Below, in pieces: positions 27,657 to 43,624 of a stretch of 64,000 bases of DNA. This DNA is from the human T2T-CHM13v2.0 reference genome, Homo sapiens. The notes under the pieces are model-generated. The model searched no databases. It had not been told where the DNA came from and worked only from the letters and a program-made list of their open reading frames with translations. A program made the position numbers and the translations under genes. Every line of letters begins with the position of its first letter. The first letter of the stretch is position 1. The stretch is taken from NCBI RefSeq assembly GCF_009914755.1, contig NC_060938.1. One strand, written 5' to 3'.

Positions 27657-27952
<296 letters not shown>

Positions 27953-27997
27953 GTATATATATTATACATGTTATATATATATAATACAATATATATA

Positions 27998-28148
27998 TTT
28001 AGAGTCAGGGTCACACTCTGTCACCCAGGCTGCAGTGCAGTGGCATGATCATAGCTCACTGTAAATTTGGACTCCTGGCCTCAAGTGATCCTCCTGCCTC
28101 AGCCTCCCAAAGTGCTGGGATTACAGGTGTGTGCCACCACACCCAGCC
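27998..28148 (-). mobile_element. Alu monomer (FRAM-like or recombined)
   Basis: Single arm; degenerate TSD atgctaaataattt / atactaaacacttt flanks the two-Alu cluster. Confidence 0.85.
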
Positions 28149-28199
28149 ATACTAAACACTTTTTAACTCAGTTGCTATTACCCTATACATCATGGCCAG

Positions 28200-29686
<1,487 letters not shown>

Positions 29687-29699
29687 TGGCAGGCTTTCA

Positions 29700-30622
29700 A
29701 CAAAAAATTATAAGGCATGCTAAAGGTAATAAAAGTACAGTCTGAAAAGACAAAGTAAGCAGCAGAAACAGATTCAGATATGACACAGATTTTGGATTTA
29801 TCATACAGGGGATTTAAAATAGCTAATATGTTAGGAACTCTACTGGAAAAAGCATACGACATGGTAGAGCAGATGGTAATGTAAGCAGAGAGCTGAAAAC
29901 TCTAAGAAAGAATTAAAAGGAAAAGCTAGAAATCAGAAACACTGCAACAGAAATGAAGAATGCCTTTGATGGGCTCATTAGTAGAATGAATTGGCTAAGG
30001 GAAGAATCAGTGAGCTTAAAGATATGTCAATAGAAATTTCTCAAACTGAAATGTGAAGAGGAAAAAAAGAGAAACAAACAAAACAAAACAGAAACCCCAG
30101 AACTGTGGGATAACTTCAAGAGATATAACATACACATAATTGGAATGCCAGAAATTAAAGGAGATTACACAGCAAAAGAAATATTTGAAATAATAATGGT
30201 CAAGAACTGTCCAAATTAGTGACAGACACCAAACCTCAGATCCAGGGAGTTGAGAGAACATCAAGCAGGATAAATATCAAAAATATCTACACTTAGGAAA
30301 ATTGTATTCAAATTTCAGAAAACCAAAGACAAAGAGAAAAATCCTAAAAGAACCTGGAGGGGAAAGCCCCTTTACCTATAGACAAACAAGGATAATACCT
30401 ACAGAGAATCTTTTGTCAAAAACCATGCAAGCAAGAGGAGAGTGTAGTAAAATATTAAAATGTTGGAGAAAGAACCCCTACCAACCTAGAATTCTATATC
30501 CAGTGAAATTATCCTTCAAAAATAAAGAAGAAATAAAGACTTTTCAAACAAAAACAAGATATCATTGCCAGCAGATTTGCCCTGAAAGAAATTTTAAAAA
30601 AATAATCCAGGGAGAAGGTTAG
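29700..30622 (+). pseudogene. L1 ORF1p relic (disrupted)
   Basis: ORF 30302-30622 ...TMQARGECSKILKCWRKNPYQPRILYPVKLSFKNKEEIKTF resembles the L1 ORF1p C-terminal domain (LQARREW...FQPRISYPAKLSF..EGEIKYF). Confidence 0.85.
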
Positions 30623-30704
30623 TGATATAAGATCAGATCCACATAAAGAAGGAAAGAGCACTGGAGAAGAAATTAATGGAGGTAAAACAAAAGTTTATTT
30701 TTTT

Positions 30705-31097
<393 letters not shown>

Positions 31098-31773
31098 TTA
31101 TAAGGGAGAAGAGGAGGAATTGGAAATTCTGTTATAAGGTACCTACAATACATGTGAATTAGTATAGTTTTATTTGAAGTGACTTAAATTAGTTGTAATT
31201 GTATATTGCAAATTCTAGGCTAACTACTAAAAGAAATTTTAAAGGAAATATAATTGATATGCTAACAGATAAAATGAAATCATATAAAATGCTCAATTAA
31301 ATAATGCTCAGAGAAGGCAAGAAAAACAGGGAAGAAGAAAAAGAAGCAAAGAATAAGTACAATGAATAGAAAACAGTTACAAACATGATAGATTTAACCC
31401 AACTATATCAATAATCACTTTAAATGTGACTGGTCTAAGTATACAAATTAAAAGACAGAGATTATCAGAGTGGCTAAATAACACAACAAGACACAGCTAT
31501 ATTTTGCTTATAAGAAACCCATCTTAAATATCATGATTCAGATAAGTTAAAAGTAAATGAGTGGAGAAAGACACACCATGGTAACACTAAGAAAACAAAG
31601 CTGGAGTAGTTCCATTAACTTCAGACAAAGCTGACTTTGGAAAATGAAAATTCTCAGGACTAAACAGAGGAATCACACATTGATAAACGGGCCAATTGTC
31701 CAAAAGGACATAACAATCCATAATGTGTATGCACCTAACAACAGAGCATCAAAATGTGTGATGCAAAAATTTA

Positions 31774-32071
<298 letters not shown>

Positions 32072-33911
32072 TTGACAGAGCTGATGGGAGAGTTAGGCAA
32101 GTGCACTACTATAATTGGAGACTTCAACACCTCTCTTTCAGTCATTGATAAATCAAGCAGGGAGAAAATCAGTAAGGATATAGTTGACCTGATCAGAATT
32201 ACCAATCAACTTGATTTCATTGACATTTATAGAATATTCAAAGCAGCAAGAGCAGAGTATACATTCTTCCCAAACTCACATGGAACATTCACCAAGACAG
32301 ACCACATTCTGAGCCATAAAACACACCTTAACACACTTAAGAGAATAGAAATCATACAACGTATGTTCTCAGACCACAATGGAATTAAACTAAAAATCAG
32401 TAACAGAAAGGTGGCTGGAAAATCCAAAAATATTTAGAGATTTAACAACATACATTTAAAGAACACAAGGGCCAAAAAAGTCTCAAGAGAAATTTTAAAA
32501 TATTTGAATTAAATGAAAATGAAAATACAACTTATCAATGTATGTGGGATGCAGTGAAAGTAGAAATTTGAGGGCAATCTATAGCATTGAATGCATATAT
32601 TAGAAAAGAAGAAATATCTAAAATCAACAATCTAAGCTTTCACCTTGGAAACTGGAATAAGAACACTAATTTAAGTTCGAAGCAAGCAGCAGAAAATAAT
32701 AATAAAAATTATAGAAGAAACCAATAAATTTGAAAACAGGAGAACAGTAGAGAAAATCAACAAAACCAAAAACTAGTACCTTGAAAAGATCAATGAAATT
32801 GATAAACCTCTACACATGCTAATCAAGAAAAAAAGAGAGAAGACACAAATTATCAATATCAGAGATGAAGGAGAGGCTATCACTACTGATCACAGGGACA
32901 CTAAAAGGATAATAAAAGAATACTATGAACAACTTTATACCCACAAATTTGATAACTATGATGAATGGATCAGTTCCTCAAAAGGCACAAACTACTAAAA
33001 CTCACACAAGGAGAAAGAGATAGTTTGAATAGTTCTACATCTATCAAAGAAATTGAATCAATAATTCATAGTATTCCACGAAAGAAAGCACGAGGCCCAG
33101 ATGATTTCACTGGTGAGTTTTACCAGACATTTAAGGAACATTTCTTTCAGAAAATAGAAGCACAAAGAACATTTCCTAACTCATTCTGTGAGGCCAGCAT
33201 TACTCTAAAACCAAAATCAGAAAACACATTACAAGAAAGGAAAAGTAAAGACTATTATTTTTCATGTACATAAATTCAAGAATCCTCAACAAAATATTAA
33301 CAAATCAAATCAAATAATGTATACAAATAATTATAGAGCATGACCAAGTGGGATTTATTCCAGGAATGCAAGACTGTTTCAACATTTAAAAATCAATCAA
33401 TGTAATTCACATCAACAAGATAAAGAAGAAAATCATATAATTACATCAATTGATTCAAAAAAAGCGTTTGATAAAATCCATCACCATTCATTATAAAAAC
33501 TCTCAACAACTTAGGAATAGCGGATTCTTCCTCAACTTAATAAAGAACATCTACAAAAGGCCTACAACTAGCATCATACTTAACAGTGAGAAACTGGATG
33601 CTTTCTTCCTATGACTGGAACAAGGCAAGTATGTCCCCTATCACCCCTCTTATTGAGCACTGTACAGGGAATCCTAGCTAGTATTATAATTAAAAAACAA
33701 AAGAAAATGAGATAAAATATATGCAGGTTGGGAAGGAAGAACTAAAACTGTCTTTGTTCATAGTTGACTTGATTGTGTAGAAAAAATGCAAAGAATTGAC
33801 AAAAACAATAGCAAAAGCAAAACAAAAGAAAACAAAACCAAAAAATAAACCCATGAGAAACTTGGAATTATTTAGCAATTATAGCAAGGTTGCAGTCTAC
33901 AAGGTCAATAT

Positions 33912-33957
33912 ATTACTTGTAGTGGTAAAAACTGCAATTACTTTTGCACCAACCTAA
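33912..33957 (+). mobile_element. MADE1 (Hsmar1 MITE), right half only
   Basis: gtggtaaaaactgcaattacttttgcaccaacctaa followed by TA, interrupting L1 aaggtcaata|tacaaa. Confidence 0.85.
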
Positions 33958-34924
33958 TACAAATGCCAACTGTTTTTCTGTATACCAGCAATGAACAGTT
34001 GAAAATTTAAAAATATATCATTTACAATAGCATAGAAAAAATGAAACACTTGGGTATAAGTCTAATAAAATATGTACAGAATCAATATGTGGAAACTGTG
34101 AAACAAATAAATCAAAGAAGATCTAAAAAAATGGAGAGCTATTCTATGTTCATGGATCACAAGACTCAATATTGTTAAAATGTCAATTATTCTAACTTGA
34201 TTGCTAGATTTGACATAATCCCAGGGAGCTATTTTGTAGATATCAACAAATTGATTCTAAAATGTACATGTAAAGGCAAAAGACCCACCCAAATCCCTGG
34301 CAACCACTTTGTTATTCTTCTTCAGTATTGCATTGGCTAATACTCACAATATCTGATTTCAAGATTTACTATAAAGCTATAGTAATCAGGGCTATGGTAT
34401 CAATGAAAGAATAGACACATAGATCAATGGGATAGAATAAAAAGCTCTATTAGAAAACAATCACACAAATATAGTCAAATTGTCTTTGAAAAAGGAGCAA
34501 AGACAATGCAGTGGAGAATGGATAGTCTTTTCAACAAACAGCACTGGAACAATTGGATGTCCATAGGCAAAAAATGAATCCGGATACAGAATATACACCT
34601 TTTGCAAAAATTAGCTCAAAATGGATCACAGACCTAAATATGAAATGGAAAACTATAACACTTCTAAAGAGCTATTCTATGTTCATGGATTAGAAGAAGA
34701 AAACAGAAGAAAATCTAGGTGATGTTGGGTTTGGCAATAAAAGAAAAAAGCAGAAAATTAATAAAAGGGCTAAAGACATGCGTAGACATTTCACCAAAGA
34801 AGATATACAAATGGCAAATAAGCATATGAAAAGATGTGTAACATTATTTATCATTAGGGAATTGCAAATTAAAATAGCAATGGGATATGACTACATAGTT
34901 ATGTGATAACTTATTAGAATGGCA

Positions 34925-34974
34925 AAAAACAAAACCTCAAAACAAAACAAAACAAAACAAAACAAAACAAAAAC
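34925..34974. repeat. (AAAAC)n
   Basis: Direct reading. Confidence 0.9.
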
Positions 34975-36551
34975 CTGACAATACCAAATGCTGGCAAAGA
35001 TGTGGAGCAACAGGAGCTCTCATTCACTGCTGGTGGAAATGGCAAAGTGGTACAGCTACTTTGGGAGACAGTTTAACAGCTTCTTACGAAGCCAAACATA
35101 GTATTACCATATGATCCAGTAGCTGCACACACAGGTATTTACCTGAATGAACTGAAAACATATGTCCATACAAAAGCCTGCATGTGAATGTTTATAGCAG
35201 CTTTATTCATAGTCACTAAATATTGGAAGCAACCAAGATGTCCTTCAGTGGTGAATGGATAAACAAACTGTGACACATCAATACAATGGAATGTGATCCA
35301 GCGATAAAAAGAAGTGAACTATCAAGTAATGAAAAGACATGAAGGAACCTTATGTGCACATTGCTAAGTGGAAAAAGCTGGTGTGGAAAGGCTACATAAT
35401 GTATTATTCCAATCGTATGACATTCTGGAAAAGGCAAAACTATAGAGACAGTAAAAAGATCAGTGGTTGCCAGGGATTTGGATAGAGGGGAGAGGGTTGG
35501 ATCGGTGAAGTACAGGTGATTTTTTTAGGGTGGTGGAATCATGCTGTATGATACTGTATTGGTGGATACATGACATTATGCATTTGTCAAACCCCATAGA
35601 ACTTTACAGCATGAAGAGTGAACATTAATGTGTGCAAACTTTAAAAAAATCATGTAGGAGGCCAGACATCATCATTCATCATCTGCAGCATGAAATGCAG
35701 ATTGTGACAAAGGAATCTAACTATATTATGAATTCATGAAACACCTAAGTGAAGGGAATGGGAGAAAAAGGTGCTGACCTAAGTAATTTAGGAAATTAGT
35801 GGACTTAAGTGAGACTAAAAGCAAAGGGAACTGCACGTAAGTACCGTGCTATAGCTGAGAAAGTTGTTTATAAAGGAGGCACGTGTTTACAATTCTGACA
35901 CTACTATACAAATATACATGAATTGAACAATTAAGTAAATTGATGGCAGATGATGGAAGCCAGGTTTCTCACTGTTGGAATGCAAGTTTGCCGATAAGCC
36001 AGGGATGAGGCTAGAACGATCCATGTGGTAATAGATTAGAGTTGAAGAACCTAAACCATTCACATAGATGCAGATTGTTACATATAGAAATATTTATTGG
36101 CCGGGCATGGTGGCTCATGCCTGTAACTACAGCTCTCACACCTAAACCGTTCATAGATGCAGACTGTTACATATAGAAATACTTACTGGCCAGCCATGGT
36201 GGCTCATGCCTGTAATCCCAGCACTCACACCTAAACTGTTCATATAGATGCAGATTGTTACCTATAGAAATACTTATTGGCTGAGCATGGAGGCTCATGC
36301 CTGTAATCCCAGCACTCATGCCTAAACCGTTCATATAGATGCAGATTGTTACATATAGAAATACTTATTGGCTGAGCATGGAGGCTCATGCCTGTAATCC
36401 CAGCACTCATGCCTAAACCGTTCATATAGATGCAGATTGTTACATGTAGAAATATTTATTGGCTGGGCATGGTGGCTCATGCCTGTAATCCCAGTACTCA
36501 TGCCTAAACCGTTCATACAGATGCAGATTGTTACATATAGAAATATTTATA

Positions 36552-36853
<302 letters not shown>

Positions 36854-37537
36854 ATATTTATAGATTTCTGTTTGTCCACAGATTAGTATGCACACATGTA
36901 TTTCCTTGCTTTGCCAGCTGAGAGGCCCTAGAAGCAATGACACCCCAGTAGCAATGATTATACCTAGTACCCAGATCTTAGTTTCTAACTATTATCTAAT
37001 AAAAAGAATCAGGATCCCTTTAAGAAATGGCTGCTTCTAGGACCAGGGCAGAAAATACATGCAGTGAGCCTGAATGATTTTGTAGTGCCAAAAAGTAAGA
37101 AAGTACTTTAAGAAAACCCTCCATATTCGGGAAGTTTGTCAAAGATCACAGAAACCAACGAAAAGAGTTCCCAACGACCAAAACGGGAACAATTTGAACA
37201 ACAAAATAAACACACTAGTATTGGATTATAACCCAAAGTATAAAATAAATATCCAGGAGTCCATACTGATATAAGTAGATAATTAAGTCAATAAATACAG
37301 AAGAGAGAAATCTCCCATGCAGAAGAATTGCAAATAACTTATGCAGAATCTCTGTCCTCAAGGAGGTGGAGCAAAACTCCCCATTGTTTAAGTGTGGGCT
37401 GAGCATAGTGACTTTCCTCCGAAGAGTACAGTCTGGACAGAGGCAGCCTGGGGAGACGAGACAATTAAATGTGATATGGCATCCAGGTTGGGAGCCCAGA
37501 ACCGAAAAGAGATATTGGGCAAAAACTAAGGAAACTG

Positions 37538-37690
37538 GGCCGGGTGCGGTGGCTCACACCTGTAATCCCAGCACTTGGGGACACCCAGCTGGGAGGATCG
37601 CTTGAGCCCAGGAGTCTGAGACCAGCCTGGGCAACAAAGCGAGACCTCATCTCTATACTAAAAACAAAACAAAAAAATAAAATGAAAAAG
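37538..37690 (+). mobile_element. Alu left monomer (FLAM-like)
   Basis: ggccgggtgcggtggctcacacctgtaatcc...gagacctcatctcta; TSD aaaactaaggaaa. Confidence 0.9.
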
Positions 37691-38109
37691 AAAACTAAGG
37701 AAATCTGAGTAAAGTGTGGATTTTAGTTAATTTAATATACATATGACAATGTACGTACATAGTTATAGAACTATATATATAACTATCTACTTGTATATAT
37801 ACATAACTATATACATATAGATGTATATAATTATTGGGTAATTTGTTTTCAGACTGCTATCTGGGTACTTCAGGCACCTCCTCCCCACTTTGTAATCAAT
37901 CTGCCTACCTAGAAATCAAGTTTGTTCAAATTGTGTGTAAAACAAGAATAAATAGGCACAAAGTGAGAGCCTGAAGTGTTCGCCTATAAATGATGTATAT
38001 TAACACATGTCATTAACAAATGACAACATTTGGCTTTCTTAGGACTTTTGCATTTTAAGTCTTTATTCTCAGGTATGTAAACATTTAAAATAATCACAAT
38101 TTACATTTA

Positions 38110-38300
38110 TAAAGCATTTCTTGGTTTGGAAGTGCTTCTCATACATGATTTCATTGGCACCTCACAGCAATTCTGTCTGGTAGGCTGGGCAGGCATTTTA
38201 TCCTCATTTTCTAGATGGAGGCAGTGACATTGGGACAGGATAATTGAGCAGCTCAGGTCATAGAGACCTGGAAAGTTGCCACGTGGCCGAGTTTCACACA
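38110..38300 (-). mobile_element. MIR relic
   Basis: cctcacagcaattctg...tatcctcattttctagatggagg. Confidence 0.6.
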
Positions 38301-39651
38301 GGTGAGGTGCATCCATTTGCTTTTAAAAGAACTAAAGAGTCTGAAACAATGTCACATTCTTTCAAATATCTGCTTGCAGTTTTTGGGGCGTTAGGGGCCT
38401 GTTTTGTTTTGGTTTTGGTCTTAGAAACACAGAGATTGGAGTGCTGCTTGGGATAGTGAGGAAGGAGCTTGATTTCCCCTTCACCCTGTGAGGCATTGGC
38501 AACTCCAGGGCTCTCCCTAGAGCACAGAGAAGAACCTTACTCAGTCTTAGGCCTAGAGAGAGCCAGTTTCCTCCTGATGCATGGCCAGCTTTAGCAGTTT
38601 GCTCTTTCCTGGAGGCCTGAAACTGGTAGGCTAGGGGGTCGGAGCCAGCGAGTTGACCTTGAGGCCTCCGCAGAGGATGTGGGGAGAGGGATAGCTTCTC
38701 CCTTCTGCTTGGCTCACTTAACTAGAGTCTGATGCTCTGACCAGGGTCACCTTGTAGGAGCAGATCCCCTCATACCCCCAAGGGTAGCCAGGATCCTCAA
38801 AAACCCCTGGTGGACGCCTCTTTCAGAGCTTCCCTCCAGGGCTCCCTGCCCTGTCCCTGTGGAGTCGTCTGTAAGAGCCCTGCCGCGTGTCTCACAGAGG
38901 AGACCAAATGGGCCCTGACATGGCTTAGGCACAGCAGATGGGTTAAGAACTGGAATATTTATGATTTAGTATTCTTTGCAGGAGCGGTGGCTGCAGTATT
39001 AGAGAAGAAAGCATGTGGCATTCTAATATTTAGTCTACTAATGAAAAGCCTCCCCTCCATGACACAGAAAACAGGATGGCAAAGGGATCCCCAGGCCGTA
39101 TCTGGCCCATTCCTGCATATTGTTCACCTTGCCATGGTTTTAAGACATTTTTAAAAGTAAGTTTCTAGTATTTAAAAATCAACACATTTCACATAAAGGT
39201 GGAATAAAGTCTGTTATCTATTTATCTTAAAGCGGAGTGTCTGATAACAGGGCAAGACAACAATCAGCTGTCATCCCCAGCCTCCCCTTTTGCCCAGTTC
39301 TGTTATCTGCCTGCCTCTCATCGCACCTGAGTTCATGGTCCCTACACTAAAGGGCTTATAACCAGCAGGTGCGGCGGATGGGAGGCTGGGAGAGTTGAGG
39401 GTGTCCCTCAGGCAGCTGACAACGCAGCCTGCACTCTGGGTCCACTCAGCTCTGATCTCGGGCTGCCCTAGGGGAGTATTTAGACGGAGCGGGGGTGAAC
39501 CTGATTCTCGTGTTCTGTGGTGCAGTAATGAACAAATCCTTCCATCCCCATCTTTTCTCCCCACCATGCTGTGAGAACTACATGCTGTTGACAGAATCAG
39601 AATCTCCCTAGATCACTGAGGCTTTATGTACCTGGGGTAGCCTGTTGTTGC

Positions 39652-39958
39652 TTATTTTATTTTTTTGAGACAGGGTCTCACTCTGTCACCCAAACCGGAG
39701 TGCAGTGGCACTCACTGCAGACTCAACCTCCCAGGCTCAAGTGATCTTCCCACCTCAGCTGCTTGAGTAGCTGAGCTACAGGCATGCTAGCTGAGCTACA
39801 GGCATGCACCACCACGCCTGGCTAATTTTTGTATTTTTTGTAGAGATGGGGTTTGGCCATATTGCCCAGGCTGGTCTCCAACTCCTGAGCTCAAGCAATC
39901 CTCCCACCTCAGCCTCCCAAAGTGCTGGGATTATAGACATGAGCCACCGTGCCTAGCC
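39652..39958 (-). mobile_element. Alu (AluJ-like) with a 20-bp internal tandem duplication
   Basis: tagctgagctacaggcatgc x2 at 39768-39807. Confidence 0.93.
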
Positions 39959-40164
39959 TTATTTGATTTTTCACCTCTTGCTTGTTTTATACTGAGTTCT
40001 ACTGCAGGAAGTCAGCAGCCCATTTTTCACTGTCCCTCAGCAGGACAGGTCAGTATTATTACTTTTGATTCATAAAGTTGACTCAAGTACCTGAGTGTCT
40101 AAATGAATCCCCAGCTGTTAGAGCCACTGGGTTAGGCAGAAGATGGTAATAATTAAACATATAT

Positions 40165-40345
40165 GTTTGGCTTGGGCTCAGATTCCAAGTCCATTACCTA
40201 CCAGCTGTGTGGCCCTGGGTAAATTACTTACCATCTCTGGGTCTTGAGTCCACCAAGGTAAATGAAGTAATTTGTGAAGAGAGCTAGGCATGGGGCTTGA
40301 AACCTAAGAATTACTTTGTAAGAGTCAGTTAGTACGGTTTACTAT
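40165..40345 (+). mobile_element. MIR relic
   Basis: ccattacctaccagctgtgtggccctgggtaaattacttacc. Confidence 0.6.
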
Positions 40346-41029
40346 TATATTTTACCATTACTTTAGGGCCCTTAAAGGCAGCTTCAGTTTCTAAAAGATT
40401 TATCCAAGGAATTACAGAGTTTTGGCAGTGGAGAGGGTCCCATAGTTATGAATCCAGCCCTCTGGTTTCTGCAGAAGAGGAATTGGAAGCCCAGTGAGGC
40501 GAAGTCAAGCTCTTTGTCTCCTTGCTCTTTTTGCCACACTGTGTTGGACTCTTGAAACTTCCCGAATGCTGAGTCGACACCTGGGGATTAAAATGTTAAT
40601 TTTCAACAAGAATCTGATTTTGCTCAGCTATAATTTTATAGACAGAGAAGCAGGGACCCAGCAATGAAGGCTGCGACTAGAACTATTCCAGACAGGAGTT
40701 TCCATGTAAGCGAGAGAAGGGCTCCTTTGTGTAGCATCTTTTTCCAAGCAAGACTGGGAGCAGGGCTCCTGCACGGGAGTATGAGGTTGGTCCCCCTGAG
40801 TACTATAATCCACCCGGAGCTCTGGTCAGCATCCTCTCAGAGGAGACCACTTGAGCTGCGAACATTCTAGAATGGCCAGGGGGAGTTCTGGTCCTGGTGC
40901 CCTTGCCGCATGTTCCCGAGTGTCCTGTTCTGTCTGTTATCGGCTATTATTGCACATTCTGTGCACCCTTCTCCCTTTGCTTCCAGGGCTGTTCTGTTTC
41001 ATTTCATATTGTTGGTGTCCTGGTACCTT

Positions 41030-41450
41030 TCCATTTCATTAATTCATTCGACAAACATTTATCGAGCCCCCACTCAGATGGGGCTCAGGATAAGGCAGTA
41101 AACCAGCCAGACCTGGGTTTCACGCTGCTGGGGCTTACGGTCTGGTCAGGAGACAGATGTGAAACAGACAACACACCAAAGGTGTCTGATCGCAAATGGT
41201 GAAACGTGGTCCAAAGGATAGGGTCAAGGAGTGGTGAGATCACAAAAGAAGGGTCTGCCTGGGGCTTGGGGTGTCACGAGGCCTCCCTGAGGCTGTGACA
41301 TTTAAGCTGAGACATGAAGGAGCCAGTCACATAGAGGGGGAGTGGGGAGAAAAGGGTTCTGGGCAGAGGAACAGCATCAGGAAAGGTGGAAGGAATGTTG
41401 GAAAGCAGATGTCACGTGTGTGTGGCTGAGGGCTGTGCATGAGCCTGAGT
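41030..41450 (-). mobile_element. L2 relic
   Basis: ttcattcgacaaacatttatcgagc...gcctccctgaggctgtgacatttaagctgagacatgaagg. Confidence 0.75.
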
Positions 41451-41559
41451 GGCAGGGACGGAGGGCAGGGAGGAACAGAGCTCATGCCACAGAGGGAGAA
41501 GGTGATGTCACCCTTCCTGGGCTTCCCTGGGGACAGTAGAGCATCTGGGTACTTCCAGG

Positions 41560-41760
41560 GAGTAGAATCCAGTGGTTACGAGCCCAGACTGGAGGCAGAT
41601 CTCCTGCGGTTGATTCCTAGCTGTGCCCTTAACTAACTGTGTGACCTTGGTCATGTGATGCCTCAATTTCTAAATCTGTAAAATAGGAACAATCACAATT
41701 TTACAACTGTAAAATAGAGCTGTTGAGAGGACTGAATGAAGTAACGTGTTGGCTGTGATT
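41560..41760 (+). mobile_element. MIR relic
   Basis: actaactgtgtgaccttgg...gcctcaatttctaaatctgtaaaatagg. Confidence 0.7.
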
Positions 41761-42077
41761 AGGACAGATGATGGGGATGACGGTGATGCTGACCATGTCC
41801 TTTGGCATAAGGCACATCAGTGATTGCCCCCAGGTTGTTGATGGATACTTCTGATGCTACCCACCCAGCTCATAGGTAGCATGGGAAGTCACCCAAAGAG
41901 ATGAGTCTCCGACAGCCTGTGTAAAGTATGTGACCTTGCCACCTGGTTTCCATAAACCAAGGTGAACAGTTGCCCAAGGCTTGGTCAATCAGATTATTAG
42001 AATTTTGATGACCAAGAGATAGCCAGTTGGTTTGATATGGTGCCCTGAGTGGAAGAGATACAAATGAGGAAGTGTTG

Positions 42078-42390
42078 GGCCAGGCACAGTGGCTCGCACC
42101 TGTAATCCCAGCACTTTGGGAGGCCGAGGTGGGTGGATCACTTGAGCCCAGGAGTTAGAGATCAGTCTGGCCAATATGGCGAAACCCCGTCTCTACTAAA
42201 AATACAAAAAAATTAGCCAGGCTTGGTGGCGCGTGCCTGAGTCCCAGCTCCTTAGGAAGCTGAGGCACGAGAATTGCTTGAACCCAGGAGGCAGAGGTTG
42301 CAGTCAGCCAAGATGGCGCCACTGCACTCCACATTCCAGCCTGGGCGACAGAGCAAGACTCTGTCTTAAAAAAAAAAAAAAAAGAAAGAA
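42078..42390 (+). mobile_element. Alu (AluS-like)
   Basis: Full dimer with A-tail. Confidence 0.95.
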
Positions 42391-43217
42391 AGTGCATGTG
42401 TGAGTGTGTAGGTGGGGTGAGGTTGGGGGACTGAGAAGAAAAGCAGCTTGGTTTGCAGAGAGGAGAAAAAAACAGAGCTGCAGATTCAAAATGCAGAGAT
42501 ACTGCCTGGTTCCCAGTGCCTTTCCAGTTCTTGGGCTTCTATTCCTGGAGAAAGCCTGCTGGCCCTGGCTTCCATGGATATCCCAGGATTCTTCCAGGAA
42601 GCTTTCTTTGGTATTGCCTGAACAAGTTCAAGATGGCTTCTGCTGACTAAGGCATGGGTTAACACAGCCCTATCGGAAAATCTTCACGGAGAACTGCACC
42701 CCAAGCAGGTGGACATTCTCCTTTTTCTCCTTCAGATCAATGGACAATTTGAAAGTGTATGTATTGTATTTCTCCTGGAGGTCCAAATACAAAACCCCTC
42801 TCTGAAGCCTTTCAAGAAGGCTTGGTATGGCTGAAATGTGGTTCTCTGCTGCTGATAAAAGTGATCATGTACCTGTGGGTGGTCTGCTGCCTTAGCTAGG
42901 TACTGAAGCCTGGATCCCAGAGACATTCCTTTCAGACTTCCTGAGCACCTCCTGATTCCTGTTCTCATTCCTTCTGGGCTGACCCATGCTCTGTGCTGAG
43001 CTTTATACCTATTCTGGTTGCAGATAAGGTAATTTAACAAATAAGGTGAGAGATTCCAGTGAGCAAAAGACAGACAGACAGACAGACAGAGCCAGAGGCA
43101 GAGTTAGAGTCTAGACCTTGGTGGGTGAGTGTGAGCTCAGTTTCTAATCATCTCTCAGCTTTACATGGCTCAGTAATCTGATATTATCAGTTCAGACAGA
43201 GGGGACAAGGCCCAGGG

Positions 43218-43356
43218 AAGCACTGTCCAACAGAAATATAGTGTGAGCCATAAATGTAACTTAAAATTTTCTAGTAGTAACATTTTAAAAAGTAAAAAGC
43301 ATATGTTAACCCAATATAGCTAAACCATTATTATTTCAACATGTAATTAATATAAT
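43218..43356 (+). mobile_element. MER33/MER3-like hAT MITE, partial
   Basis: gcactgtccaacagaaatatagtgtgagcca...aattttctagtag. Confidence 0.7.
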
Positions 43357-43552
43357 TTTTTTAAGAGAGACAGAGTCTTGCTCTGTTGCCCAGGCTGGAG
43401 TACAGTGGCGTGATCATAGCTCATTGCAGCCTCAACCTCCTGGCTTCAGGTGATCCTCCCACCTCAGTCTCCCAAGTACCTTGGACTATGGGTACACATC
43501 ACTGTGCCAGCTAATTTTTTTTTTTAGAAATGGTATCTTGTTATGTTGCCCA
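43357..43552 (-). mobile_element. Alu (AluJ-like) lacking its 5' part
   Basis: Right arm and linker, breaking off at tatgttgccca. Confidence 0.9.
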
Positions 43553-43624
43553 ACTTTAAGAGACAAGCGAGACGTCATCTCTAAAAAAAAAAAAAAAAAA
43601 AAAAAAAAAGAGAGAGAGAGAGAA

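Noticed and set aside
33912-33957. Possible miR-548-type hairpin from MADE1
   Set aside because: Only one arm of the MITE is present, so the long stem cannot form.
35668-35690. Possible templated insert catcatctgc, the reverse complement of about 35946-35955
   Set aside because: Only about 10 bp match, which is compatible with chance.
39361-39376. CTCF-like site accagcaggtgcggc
   Set aside because: The GGC core after AGGT is out of register; too weak without ChIP data.
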